Source: Chiloscyllium plagiosum (taxonomy: Eukaryota). From it: DNA of 64,000 bases. The notes under the pieces are model-generated. The model saw only the letters and a list, made by a program, of their open reading frames with translations, made no database searches and was not told where the DNA came from. Made by a program: the position numbers and the translations under genes. Each line of letters begins with the position of its first letter. The stretch's first letter is position 1. Location of the stretch: assembly GCF_004010195.1 (NCBI RefSeq), contig NC_057720.1, positions 33,956,782-34,020,781 on the forward strand, given 5' to 3'. Shown here piece by piece: positions 1 to 11,105 of the stretch.

Positions 1-383
1 AAGGTTATCCCAACGTCGATAGAATTCTTAAGTGACTTGACAAGGTAACTGCTGAGGAGATGTTTCCCTCATGGCAGAATTTAGGACCAGAGATAACAGT
101 TGCAGAATTAAAGGGCACCATTGTAAGATGGAGGTGAGGAGGATTTTTTTTTCTCTCAGAGGGTTTTGAATCACTGGAAATCCTTGCTACAGAGAGCTGT
201 GGGAGCAGAAACCTTGTGTATATTTAAGGCTGAGATAGATAAATTCTTGATCAGTAGAGAATCAAAGGTTATGGGGAAAAGGCAGGAAAGTAGATGTGAG
301 GAATGTCATATCAAACATGGTTGTATTGAATAACAGAGCAGGCTCGATAGGCTGAACGGCCTACTCCAGTTCCTATTTCTTAT
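1..383 (+). mobile_element. CR1-clade LINE 3' end fragment
   Basis: Decayed ORF2 C-terminus and 3' UTR ending ...ggctgaacggcctactccagttcctatttcttat; same family as the other CR1 3' ends in the window (e.g. 46270-46910). Confidence 0.7.
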
Positions 384-1390
384 AAGACAAAAGCTGCCCC
401 AAACTTTGTTAATCCATCCCAAGTCTGTGGGTTTGCAGCTGGTTCCAATGTACTTCTGGTAGCAACATACAAAAAAAATAAATTTCTTAGGAACTAAAGC
501 CGCAATTTTCCAAACAGTATTAACTGTCAGCAAATAGTTTCCAGAAACATTACAATGAATGCAGATCACAAAACTTTAGCTTAAAAAAAGCTTCTTTTCA
601 GAATGGGAAACACAACTGTTCATTATTTTAGTGATCTCATGTTGACTTCCTGGACCCACAACTGACTCTTCATAATCCATTCATTGTTAAAAATAATTTA
701 ACAGCTGGATTAAATGGAGTTCAATTTAGTTAAGCAATAGACTAAAAATAGTATACAGTTGGATGAAATTCTTAAAGAACAGCTGTACAATTTCTTTTTT
801 ACTAGTTTACTCATGTGTAATATTCCTAACCCCATTACATGGGAAGGTAACATATGCTCACAGTGTGAATGCTATGCCTTCCACATTCCCCTAATCCCCA
901 TAGTCACTACCACCTCCCATCACTCTGTACAATGATTTGTCAACTTTTCTGCTCTAGAATACATTGCTCTGCTAATGAAGCCAGCCGCCAGATGGATAGG
1001 AAGTTTAGGTTATAATCTGCTCAGAGTTCCTTTATTCTGGGAAGATTAAATATTTCACAAAAAAAAGACATTTGCTGAATGTGATGGACAGCAATGAGAT
1101 TTTTGTCTGAAGTGAAATGTAGCTGTTTATAAAAGTAGTTTAAAAATTTGGTTCTGCATTGTTCATAGAAAAGATGCCTGCTCAACGCTGGTAATTTCAT
1201 CATTACGGTGGGATTTCATGATGGACAGTGAGAGAGATGGGAGTATGAGATTCCTTGGAATGATGTCAGGCTTGCCAGTTCCCCACCAAGTTCATCTGAC
1301 TGGGCCACAATATTTTTGAACAGCAGGTGACAGGCCACATGGGGGCACCACTTGTTTTTCTAAACTCATTGATGTACTTGAGCTAGTTAG

Positions 1391-1675
1391 TTAAAAATCA
1401 CACACCAGGTTATAGTCCAACAGGTTTAATTGGAAGCACTAGCTTTCAGAGCGCCGCTCCTTCATCTGGTGGTTGTAGAAGACATAATTGTAAGACACAG
1501 AATTTATAGCAATTTATAGCTATAAATTCTATGTCTTACAATTGTGTCCTCCACAACCACCTGATGAAGGAGTGACGCTCCAAAAGCTAGTGCTTCCGAT
1601 TAAACCTGTTGGACTATAACCTTGTGTGTGATTTTTAACTTTGTTCACCCCAGTCCAACACCGGCATCTCCAAGT
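1391..1675. mobile_element. Fold-back PLE-derived mini-element (family A), 14-bp TSD
   Basis: Inverted arms of about 125 bp centred near 1520. TSD cttgagctagttag at 1377-1390 and 1676-1689. Each arm carries a hammerhead-like motif with a core mutation (CAGATGA on the minus strand, AAAA in place of GAAA on the plus strand). Confidence 0.8.
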
Positions 1676-1778
1676 CTTGAGCTAGTTAGGGAGACAAAAT
1701 AGGCATGAGCTTGACTTTTTTTAGAACTAAGTATGGATACTGGCTTAAAAGTGGGAGGTGCCTCCGCTCAGGGGTTTT

Positions 1779-2278
1779 NNNNNNNNNNNNNNNNNNNNNN
1801 NNNNNNNNNNNNNNNNNNNNNNNNNNNNNNNNNNNNNNNNNNNNNNNNNNNNNNNNNNNNNNNNNNNNNNNNNNNNNNNNNNNNNNNNNNNNNNNNNNNN
1901 NNNNNNNNNNNNNNNNNNNNNNNNNNNNNNNNNNNNNNNNNNNNNNNNNNNNNNNNNNNNNNNNNNNNNNNNNNNNNNNNNNNNNNNNNNNNNNNNNNNN
2001 NNNNNNNNNNNNNNNNNNNNNNNNNNNNNNNNNNNNNNNNNNNNNNNNNNNNNNNNNNNNNNNNNNNNNNNNNNNNNNNNNNNNNNNNNNNNNNNNNNNN
2101 NNNNNNNNNNNNNNNNNNNNNNNNNNNNNNNNNNNNNNNNNNNNNNNNNNNNNNNNNNNNNNNNNNNNNNNNNNNNNNNNNNNNNNNNNNNNNNNNNNNN
2201 NNNNNNNNNNNNNNNNNNNNNNNNNNNNNNNNNNNNNNNNNNNNNNNNNNNNNNNNNNNNNNNNNNNNNNNNNNNNNN
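1779..2278. other. Assembly gap (500 N)
   Basis: Run of N. Confidence 1.
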
Positions 2279-2510
2279 TTGCACAGATTTGGGGGCCGGG
2301 GAGACGTTGCATGAGGTTGGAGGCGGTGTCAGATGGTGTCGGGGGCGGGGCCTCGTGCACAGTGTGCTGCTGCAGTCTCCTGAACAGGGAGCAGACTTTT
2401 AAAAACTCTGAGCCCCAGAGGAAAAGCATTTAATCGATTAACTGAATAATCAGTTCTCCAAACGAAATAGTGCTCGCCCAACACGTTCAGATAATCGAGG
2501 TTCCCTTGTA
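2279..2510. mobile_element. Right end of a pogo/Tigger-like (Tc1-mariner) non-autonomous DNA transposon; left end probably lost in the gap
   Basis: Ends ttcagataatcgaggttcccttg|ta. The reverse complement TA-CAAGGGAACCTCGATTATCTGAA resembles pogo/Tigger TIRs with a TA target. The partner TIR is not visible. Confidence 0.45.
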
Positions 2511-2743
2511 TATCCAATTAAATTTAAATGGCACAAGTTATAGAACTTTGTGAATGCGCAGTATTTATAGGATGTTCACAACAGATTGTAATCACCATCA
2601 ATATTTCAGGATAGTATCAATACCTTATGAAATATTTCAATTTATTTATTGTTGTCTGTATTTACAACCTGTCTGCCATCTCGGAGTTCACATACATGAG
2701 TTGTATATCTTACATGTATTTCTATGTTTTTGTTGTTTCGCAG

Positions 2744-2931
2744 CACGGTGAAGGCATGTTTAACCGAGCAAAGTTGCTGAATATTGGCTACATAGAAGTG
2801 CTGAAGGATGAAGAATATGACTGTTTTGTATTCAGTGATGTGGACTTGATTCCCATGGATGACAGAAACCTGTACCACTGCTATGACCAGCCACGACATT
2901 TTGCCATTGCAATGGACAAATTTGGATTCAG
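2744..2931 (+). CDS. B4GALT2: Beta-1,4-galactosyltransferase (GT7 family, best match B4GALT2), internal coding exon of 188 nt
   Basis: Translates HGEGMFNRAKLLNIGYIEVLKDEEYDCFVFSDVDLIPMDDRNLYHCYDQPRHFAIAMDKFGF(R), with the FNRAKLLN and DVD (DxD) motifs. The 'HGE' start and 'DQPRHFAIAMDKFGFR' match B4GALT2 as I recall it. Acceptor tgtttttgttgtttcgcag ends at 2743; donor AG|gtgaga starts at 2932; ends in phase 2. Confidence 0.93.
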
Positions 2932-4239
2932 GTGAGATAATGGTTGTTACTGACAATGAACCATCCTCAATATTTAGCTTTGTTAATAAATATTGTACGC
3001 AACAACTAATGGAACTCACTGCAATACTAGACTTAATACCCACAAGCTGCCCTGGACCTTTGGCAAAACTACGATCGATAGTCAGAAACACTGACGGTGT
3101 CATATTGCTCGTCATCCATTTATTGTTGCAGGAGTGAGACTACCTTTGTAACTTAATTTGCATGTCCTGGTTCATTCTTCAAGGGACCATCTTGTACAAC
3201 ACTGTCATACAACAGATACTCCAGTTAATAGAGAGCAGTAATAGAGAGCATCTTATTGTCCAGGTTACCATTGAGATTTTAGTACGATGCTTTGATAAGG
3301 TGATGGGGAGTCAAATTGCTTCCCTGTTTGACCTCCTCATTTGACCACACCAGGTTTCTCTGTTGGAAAATCATATATTTGCCCAGTCAGTGAGTACATC
3401 AAGGTGTAATCATTGTCATCTAGGGCTGTTGTGGCACGGGTGTAGAGTTCTTATATTTTGAGGCATTCAAGAGAGAGTTGATGTATTTCAGATGATATTA
3501 AATGATTATTTGGATAGAAATAGTGTGCAAGGGTATATGGAGAAACAAGAGATTCGTATGAAGCAAAGATGCCCGATAAATGGGCTGAATAGCTATGTAA
3601 TACACAATAACAGTGATTCAAAGAGGAGGCCCAGGTTCAAGTACCTGCACTAGAGGGTAAATTGACCTCAGTAGCAGGTGTCTGGATCTTTGGTCGACTC
3701 TTGCATTACCCTTGAATATGAATGATCTACACTGAGTTGATACCTAGTCCTAAAGAATTACATGTATAATAGGAAATAAGTGCATGCATCTTTTATATTT
3801 TAATATATCACTTGGCCTGTCTCCCTTGGTACTGTTTTGCAAAACAGTACAGTAATCAAAATGCATTGAAGCATGCAAATTCAAAGTACCACAGTTAAAA
3901 AAGAAAGGATACAAGGGAGTGTCTCATAAAAAATAACTGAGACCTAGGCATGACTACAGAACAAATATTGGGTAACCAGGAATTACAGTTGAATAAATAA
4001 TAAGTAGTAATTGTTTTAAACATGGCACACAAGTTCCAGCAGTAACTGGTGGTTCAGATGATACAGCACGTCAGAAACATTTCATATTTGGGAAAGGCAT
4101 TCACTGACTATGCGCACAGATCTCTCAGTACAAACTACTATATATAATGCATGTCCAAACATTGTTACATTTGTATCTCCATTTTATGTATTGGCATCCA
4201 GTGGCCTCAAGAGACTGGCATATAACAAGTAACCAGTCC

Positions 4240-4448
4240 AGTAGTGTCCATGAAACCATTGTAGATTGTCAGGAAAAACCCATCTGGTTCACTAATGTCT
4301 TTTAGGGAAGGAAACTGCCATCCTTACCTGGTCCGGCCTACATGTGACTCCAGATCCACAGCAATGTGGTTGACTCTGCTGGGCAATTAGGGATGGGCAA
4401 TAAATGCTGGCCTAGCCTGCAATGCCCTCATCCTGTGAGTGAATAAAA
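4240..4448 (+). mobile_element. SINE-like element 3' half, sharing its tail with a LINE family
   Basis: Ends gggcaattagggatgggcaataaatgctggcc...gaataaaaa. A similar tail ends the LINE fragments at 31330-32020 (+) and 50332-51110 (-). Confidence 0.55.
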
Positions 4449-5330
4449 AGATAAACAGGGTCACATATTACAGACTGAAGCCAAGGACGGCAAAAAGCAC
4501 CTTCACAGAACTGATACTGCTGATTGTGCTCTGAAACTGTTAACATAACCTGACCAAATAACACCCAAAACTTTGACAGTCATTATAAAGAGAGCTATAC
4601 AGGAGAAGGACACTAATTCTCAATTTACAGTATTTTTAGAGAATAAACTTGGCAAAGTAATTACATCTTCAGTTTAAAGGCAGCACTCCTACAGGGTGCA
4701 GACATGACAAGGGCTTCACTGAGACTGTGCTATAATAGAATCCCTTGTTCATTGGGGATTATTATTCAAATTAAGCCCTCACCAACCTGCCCATTGAAAT
4801 ATTTAGTATTCCTGGCAGTAAATTTCCTTCCTAATAAAGAAATTGAATGTAAACTTTGCAGATGTTCCTGTCACAAGGAGTGCTGCATAATACAACTTCT
4901 GTGTTGGGAAATTTAAAGCCAATCAATCAAATTTGTCCTGGGACTTGAATTCATATGTTATTAATAGAACGGAATAAAAATATGATTAAAATATATGTAA
5001 GGGAATGGTTTACTGTAAAATTGTGTTGCCATTCCTATTGTATATGTAAAAAAACTGGAATCTCATATTGGTCAGTAATTTGTGCTCTTATATTGAGCTG
5101 ATTTGAGGTAAGTTAATGTCATTTGAGGAATGTTAGACCTATGTAAGTAAGTGCAATATTAGATTTCCCAGGACAGTCAGTGAGTAAAACTAAAAGGAGG
5201 TCCCCTTTGAAATTTTAGCCTTATGACTGGATGACAATCCCCTTCTATTTGAAAGTTGCTATTTGAAAGTTGCTATTTGACAAATTGAATTTAAATTGTG
5301 AATAATGTCATTGACTGGTCTCATAGTGGA

Positions 5331-5411
5331 GCTGAAAATGTGTTGCTGGAAAAGCGCAGCAGGTCAGGCAGCATCCAAGGAACAGGAGAATCGACGTTTC
5401 GGGCATAAGCC
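5331..5411 (-). mobile_element. 81-bp PLE pseudo-LTR fragment (family B), 16-bp TSD
   Basis: Matches the terminal region of the PLE at 51975-52100. TSD ctggtctcatagtgga at 5315-5330 and 5412-5427. Truncated inside the hammerhead motif. Confidence 0.85.
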
Positions 5412-6180
5412 CTGGTCTCATAGTGGACAAAACAAACTCCATTTGTCTTGCATCCATCCAATTCCTTGTGTAAAGGTGATAACTTTCCTATGGATGGGAA
5501 ATTTTGCATCATGGTGTTCCCCAGTCATGATTGATTTATTTTGAAAATAATTTCACTTGCAAGTTTCCTCCATAAAATCCTGCATTTGCCCAGATGCGCA
5601 AACCAAGGATTTGTCTTGAATCCTGTCACTTTGTATCATTGATATCAATTTGATTACATCCAATTTGATTAGTCTTTTTATCCCCTCTGCCTTCCAAGCT
5701 TTTAACTATGTTGGAGCAAATACTTGGCAGAGAGAGAAAAGATGCCTGCGAGTATGCTGATCACGGGGAAAGAAATGGACAAATGCTTCAATCGTTCAGT
5801 AATTCTGCAGTGTCGCTTCCTAACTGCCAAACAATTCCCCGATTATACCCCACTGTGAAGCACATTTCAATTCAAACAAGCCGTATATTAAAGGGCTTTT
5901 TTTTTAGTGCTGTTGAGTTAGCTTGTCTGGTACAAAAGCATCAGTCACTTCTTAATGACAATTTATGCCTAGAATTTTGACTGTCAAGGTGAATAATTAA
6001 GCACTTCCTGAGTGCAACTCTTTGTAACAAAGGGGCACCCATACAAGGCGATTGCTTTATATCTCTGACAGAAGTCCCTATTCCAAGCTGTATGAAGCCC
6101 TGGTTTAATCATTCATGTGGCTGTACATGCTATCAGGGACATTTCCAGTGGGTTTTGAGGCCATGATTACTGCTATAACG

Positions 6181-6270
6181 AAAGCTGAAGTTACTGGAAA
6201 CACCCTGCAAGTTTGGCTGGACCTGTAGAGAGAGAAAATGTTAATGTTTCAGGTCTGTGATTTTTCAAAT
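6181..6270 (-). mobile_element. Old, degenerate PLE pseudo-LTR-like fragment
   Basis: ctggaaacaccctgcaagtttggc...gagagagaaaatgttaatgtttcaggtc resembles the layout of the PLE termini elsewhere in the window. Confidence 0.3.
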
Positions 6271-6526
6271 ATAAAATAATAGCTATGTAATAGGTTTGGA
6301 GTAAGTGGAAAGAGGAGCTACGAGGGAAAACTGGAAGCTGTATGACCGGGCAGAGGGTAGTGGGAGTAGAAGGTGTAGAGTGAAGTGTTAAATGTACCTT
6401 TAACAGTAGCAACTGAGCGTATGTGTATGGAATCAAATCACATGGAACTGGGGCCTGAATCTGCATGATTCCAAAAGGTGTCCTCTGTTAAATGCCTATA
6501 AGTGTTTGGACGAGTATCTATAACAG

Positions 6527-7490
6527 AAGAACATAAGAACTAGGAGCAGGAGTAGGCCATCTGGCCCTTTAAGCCTGCTCTGCCATTTAATAAGATCATG
6601 GCTGATCTTTTCATGGCCTTGGCTCCATTTACCCACCCTCTCACCACAACTCTTAATTCCTTTACTGTTCAAAACAATGATTTATCTTAGCTTTAAATAC
6701 ATTTACTGAGGACATCTTAATCCACTTCATTGGGCAGAGATTTCCATAGATTCACAACACTCTGGGTGAAGAAGTTCCTTCTTAATTCAATCCTATATCT
6801 GCTCTCCCTAATTTTGAGGCTATGTTCTCTTTTCCTGGTTGCACCCTCCAGTGGAAACATCCTCTCTAATTCTATCTTATCTATTCCCTTCATAATTTTA
6901 TATGTTTCTATAAGATCCCCCCTTCATTCTTTTATATTCCAATGAATTTAATCCCAATCTACTCAGTCTCTCCTCTTAAAGCAACCCCCTCAACTCCGGA
7001 ATCAACCTGGTGAACCTCCTCTGCACCCCAGCACGTTACATCCTTTCTCAAGTAAGGAGATCAAACTGCACACATTACTCCAGGTGTGGCCTCACCAGCA
7101 CCCTGTATAGCTGCAACATAACCTCCCTACTTTTAAACTCAATCCCTTCAGCAATGAAGGACAAAATTCCATTTTCTGCCTTAATTACCTGCTTGTACCC
7201 GCAGACCAACCCTCTATGATTCATGCACAAGGACACCCACAGCAGCATGCTGCAATTTTTTACCATTCAAGTAATAGTCCTTTTTACTGTTATTCCTACC
7301 AAAATGGATAGCTTCACATTTATTAACATTGTCCTTGATCTGCCAGACCTTTGCACACTCACTCAAACAATTCATGTCCCTCTGCAAAGTTTCACAGCCC
7401 TCTGCCAACTTTGCTCTACCACTCATCTTAGTGTCATCCAAAAATTTTACACACTACACGTGGTGCCCAACTTCAAATCATTTATCTACA
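6527..7490 (-). mobile_element. CR1-clade LINE 3' fragment (RT C-terminus and 3' UTR)
   Basis: Minus-strand peptides DDTKMSG...NVNKCEAIHFGRNN and GILSFIAEGIEFKSREVMLQLYRVLVRPHLE; tail reads agaacataagaactaggagcagg on +. Confidence 0.9.
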
Positions 7491-7733
7491 TAAAATTATA
7501 GAAACAATGATCAGGCCCACGAAACTAGAGGCAAAAGACAAGGAGCGCCTGAAGAGATGCAGAGAAAGACAGCAAATTCCAAAGGTGAAGTGTGAGGCCA
7601 TTCTAGCAATCCATCCTGAGTGAAGAAAGTTATGTAAGATTACAAAGAGATCTTGATCAATTTGTTCAATGTGCTGAGGAGTGGCAGATGGAGTTTAATT
7701 TGGATAAATGTGAGGGATTGTATTTTCATAAAA

Positions 7734-8265
7734 TAGAATCCCTGATTGTGGGAACAGGCCATTAGGCCCAACAGGTCCACACTGACCCTCTGAAGAGTAA
7801 CCCACCCAGACCCATTCCCCTACCCTATTACTCTACATTTACCCCTGGCTAATGCATCTAACCTACACATCTCTGAAAACTATGGGCAATTTAGCAATTA
7901 GTCTACCTTGACACCGTCCTGTCCCCCTTAGTCTACCTTGACACCGTCCTGTCCCCCTTAGTCCAAGCTCATCTCCGCATACCTTGACACCGTCCTGTCC
8001 CCCTTAGTCCAAGCTCATCTCCGCATACCTTGACACCGTCCTGTCCCCCTTAGTCTACCTTGACACCGTCCTGTCCCCCTTAGTCGGCCAGTTCACCTAA
8101 CTTGAACATCTTTGGATTGTGAGAGGAAACCAGAGCACCTGGAGGAAACCACACAGACTTGGGGAGAATGTGCAAACTCCACACAGAGTCACCTGAGGCA
8201 GGAATTGAACCCAGGTCCCTGGCACTGTGAGACAACAGTGCTAACCATTGAGCCACCATGCCGCC
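7734..8265 (-). mobile_element. HE1-like tRNA-derived SINE (V-SINE type), carrying an internal tandem insertion
   Basis: Reverse complement gives the head ggcggcatggtggctcaatggttagcactg with B box GGTTCAATTCC; body homologous to 58094-58409. Confidence 0.88.
7897..8085 (+). repeat. Tandem array of 30/30/46/46/30-bp units derived from PLE RT-coding sequence
   Basis: Core taccttgacaccgtcctgtcccccttagtc occurs five times; two copies are extended by caagctcatctccgca. Matches the reverse complement of 53758-53800. Confidence 0.85.
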
Positions 8266-9304
8266 TGGTTGGTAAAGCAAACAAGGGCAGGACTTATACA
8301 ATTAATGGTAGGGATTTGGGTAGTGTTGTAGATCAGGGAGACCTGGGCGTTCAGGTACATAGTTCTTTAAAATTTGTGCCAGAGTAGACAGGGTGTTTAT
8401 GAATGGGGTTTAGCACAGATGCCTTCATTGTTCAGACTTCTGAGTATAGGATTTGGGATGTCATGTTGAGGTTATCCATTGATGAAGCCTTGTCTAGAGT
8501 ACTTTGTGCAGAACTGGTCGCCCTGCTATAGGAAGGATATTACTAAGTTGGAGAGGGTTCAAAAAAGATAGACCAGGATTTTGCCAGGAATGGATGGTTT
8601 GAATTATAAAGAGAGGCTGGAGGGGCAACCTTATTGAGGTTTATAAAATCATGTGGGGCATAAACTAGTTGAATGACAAGGGTCTTTTCCCTAAGATGGA
8701 GGAATTCAAAACTAGGGGCATAAGTTTAAGATGGGAGGAGAAAGATTTGAAAAGGATACGGGGCAACTTTTTTCACACAGAGAGTGGTTCATGTGTAAAA
8801 TGAACTGCCAGAAGAAATGGTGGATGAAGGTATAGTTACAACATTTAAAAGACTTTTGGATAAGTACATGAATAGAAAAGGTTTGGAGGGATATGGGCGA
8901 AGCGCAGGTGGGGCTAGTTTAGTTTGGGAACATGGCCGGCATGGACTGGTTGGACGAAAGGGTCAGTTTCCATGCTGTCGACTCTGTCTCTATAAGAGGC
9001 CGGAAAACCTGTACAGAAGCCCAGCAGTGACAAGAAAGAGTAGGTGACTGACATCAAGGCCCATCAAAGATCACAGACTGGAGAGGAAAAATCACCAGGA
9101 AGCTGAAAAAGCAAGAGAGGAAGTCCACAGCTAACAATATAACAAACAAAAGTAAATCTAAAAAAGCAGCCACAGTGAATAGAAAATTAGTGTAGATTAC
9201 CAACCTTTACCAAGATGGGGAGTACTTTAAAAAGTTCAGCTGCAGAAACTAGACAAATAAATAGGGTGCGAGCAACAACACAAAGAGACTCCATGTGCAG
9301 GAGG

Positions 9305-9372
9305 AGCACAGTGCTCTTCCAGCACCACTAATCCAGAATCTGGTTTCCAGCATCTGCAGTCATTGTTTTTAC
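9305..9372 (+). mobile_element. 68-bp PLE pseudo-LTR terminal fragment, 16-bp TSD
   Basis: TSD ctccatgtgcaggagg at 9289-9304 and 9373-9388. Contains ccagcatctgcagtc, the reverse complement of the family B terminal motif. Begins with a short inversion gagcac-a-gtgctc. Confidence 0.75.
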
Positions 9373-11024
9373 CTCCATGTGCAGGAGGTTGGCCCAGCTA
9401 ATGTTACAGCGTGTCATAAGCATAGTATAGAGATGCATTGGCAGCAAAGGAAAGGGAGCAAGAAGCTAAAGAGAATACAACAGCTCCTTGCAAGGTGTTC
9501 CATTTCCCTGATTTTGGAGATGTAAGAAGAATTTCAGTCTGCATAGTTCATGGTTAATAACAAAGAAACTAACTTTGCATTGGATAAAAGACTGATGCAT
9601 GTATTCTTTTTGATGCTAAACTATGAAGAGAAGAGAAATTCTGCCATTCAACTTTGAGGCACAGGAAGCTGAGGACCAAAGCATGCTGCATTTCATTACA
9701 ATGGAAGAAAGATCATAGAAACATCTTACATCATTTGCTTTGACTATTTTTGATTAGACACTGGAGTTGACTCAGTACACAGGACTAACTCTCTTGTTGA
9801 GACTCTCCAGCTGAAGACTACAAGAAGATAATGCAGAGCATCCTTTACTCTTAAAAGAGAGGCTGCAAGAGGAAGTGAGAAAAGATAAGAGCAACCAGTT
9901 ACCTGAGAGGGTTCTCAACCTTAGTTTGCTCTTTCAGGATGGTCAGGTAGAGAAAAACCCACCACTCACGTTAATTGAGGAGGTAGAAGTTCTAGATCTT
10001 GCTGATCTCTTGAATTGGGGCATCACTGCTCAAAAGGATGTGCAACAATGGCAACTACAACCACAGTTAGAAGGGAAAAAAATCCTCCTTGTCATGAAGA
10101 ATGGCACATCACAGGGAAGCAGAAGGAGGATGACGTCCTGTGGTTTCAGCAGCTGTCAGCTGCACTCCCACATCTGTGAGATGTGAACATGACAAACAAC
10201 AAACAAGGTTACAGACAACGCAGCTGATGGTAAAGGATCTGCCAGTGGTGCAGGGTAAATGCAACGAATAGGAACAAATGATCGAAGCCTTGATATTTGT
10301 TATAACCAGGCAGGGAGGGGTAAGCAACCCCTTTCTTTTTAACCAGAACTTAGTCGGTTGCCAAGCAAAGTTTGGCATGCAGTCGTCCCATTTCAGTTGT
10401 AGCTTGGTTAACTAGATCAAAATGAAGAGGCCCATTTCAAGGTTTTCTTGAGTGAAAAAAAGAAGAATTGTATTACCTTCTGTCTTGGAAATGTCTAAAA
10501 TAAATGTGACATCAAAAAGTGAGGAGGCATGTGCCTAGCCAGATAGGAAGGGTAAAGACAGCTGTAGTTCAAACTTCTTGAGTTGCAGAGTGAGAACAGC
10601 TGAATAGTTAGGGCTGAGTGCTGGAGTTGACAGATGACCTTGATTTCTCCATGGATGATGACTTTTCCAAGTTGCTTTCTCAATGTTGTTTTCTGAACGG
10701 GAGAGAAGAGCTTCCAGCTTTCTGTTATCTGTCAAAGTATATTTCTTTCTCTCTCTTTGCCGTTCCAAAGCAAGCTGTTTGAAAATGGTTTGTTTGTCTA
10801 TTCCGTGTCTCAGTTCATTTGCTTTTTACAAATTGAATTCTCCATAGGTAAACTTTCATTGCGGAATGTGTGAAATTTTCATTCAATTGTGAGGAAAGCA
10901 AGAGAAGCAATTTATAAACATCTTACTGCCTGCTCATTAAAATGGTAATTCTAATGTGAACTGTTTCCTATATTGTTAAAATTCACACATCACCAGATTA
11001 TAGTCCAACTGGTTTAATTGGAAG

Positions 11025-11059
11025 CACTAGCTTTCGGAGCGCTGCTCCTTCATCAGGTG
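11025..11059 (-). ncRNA. Minimal type I hammerhead ribozyme motif (family A), opposite-strand copy
   Basis: Exact reverse complement of 11071-11105. Confidence 0.75.
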
Positions 11060-11070
11060 GTTGTCACAAC

Positions 11071-11105
11071 CACCTGATGAAGGAGCAGCGCTCCGAAAGC
11101 TAGTG
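11071..11105 (+). ncRNA. Minimal type I hammerhead ribozyme motif (family A)
   Basis: CAC-CTGATGA-A-GGAG-cagcg-CTCC-GAAA-GC-TA-GTG. Stem I CAC/GTG, stem II GGAG/CTCC, palindromic AGCT at stem III. Predicted cleavage after 11102. Confidence 0.75.

Larger units (their letters stand above)
7625..8992 (+). mobile_element. CR1-clade LINE 3' fragment, interrupted by a SINE at 7734-8265
   Basis: ...WQMEFNLDKCE... lies before the SINE and GKANKGRTYTINGRDLGSVVDQGDLGVQVHSSLK after it; ends ...gactctgtctctat. Confidence 0.85.

Noticed and set aside
1686..2433. Long ORFs on both strands
   Set aside because: Artefacts of translating through the 500-N gap.
5246..5280. Local tandem duplication ctatttgaaagttg x2.5; similar short duplications at 39806-39860 and 45677-45710
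   Set aside because: Ordinary slippage duplications with no further structure.
9875..10186. 103-aa ORF with a weak resemblance to Myb/SANT C-terminal segments (LTLIEEVEVLDL)
   Set aside because: No diagnostic W or CRKK motif and no supporting splice pattern.
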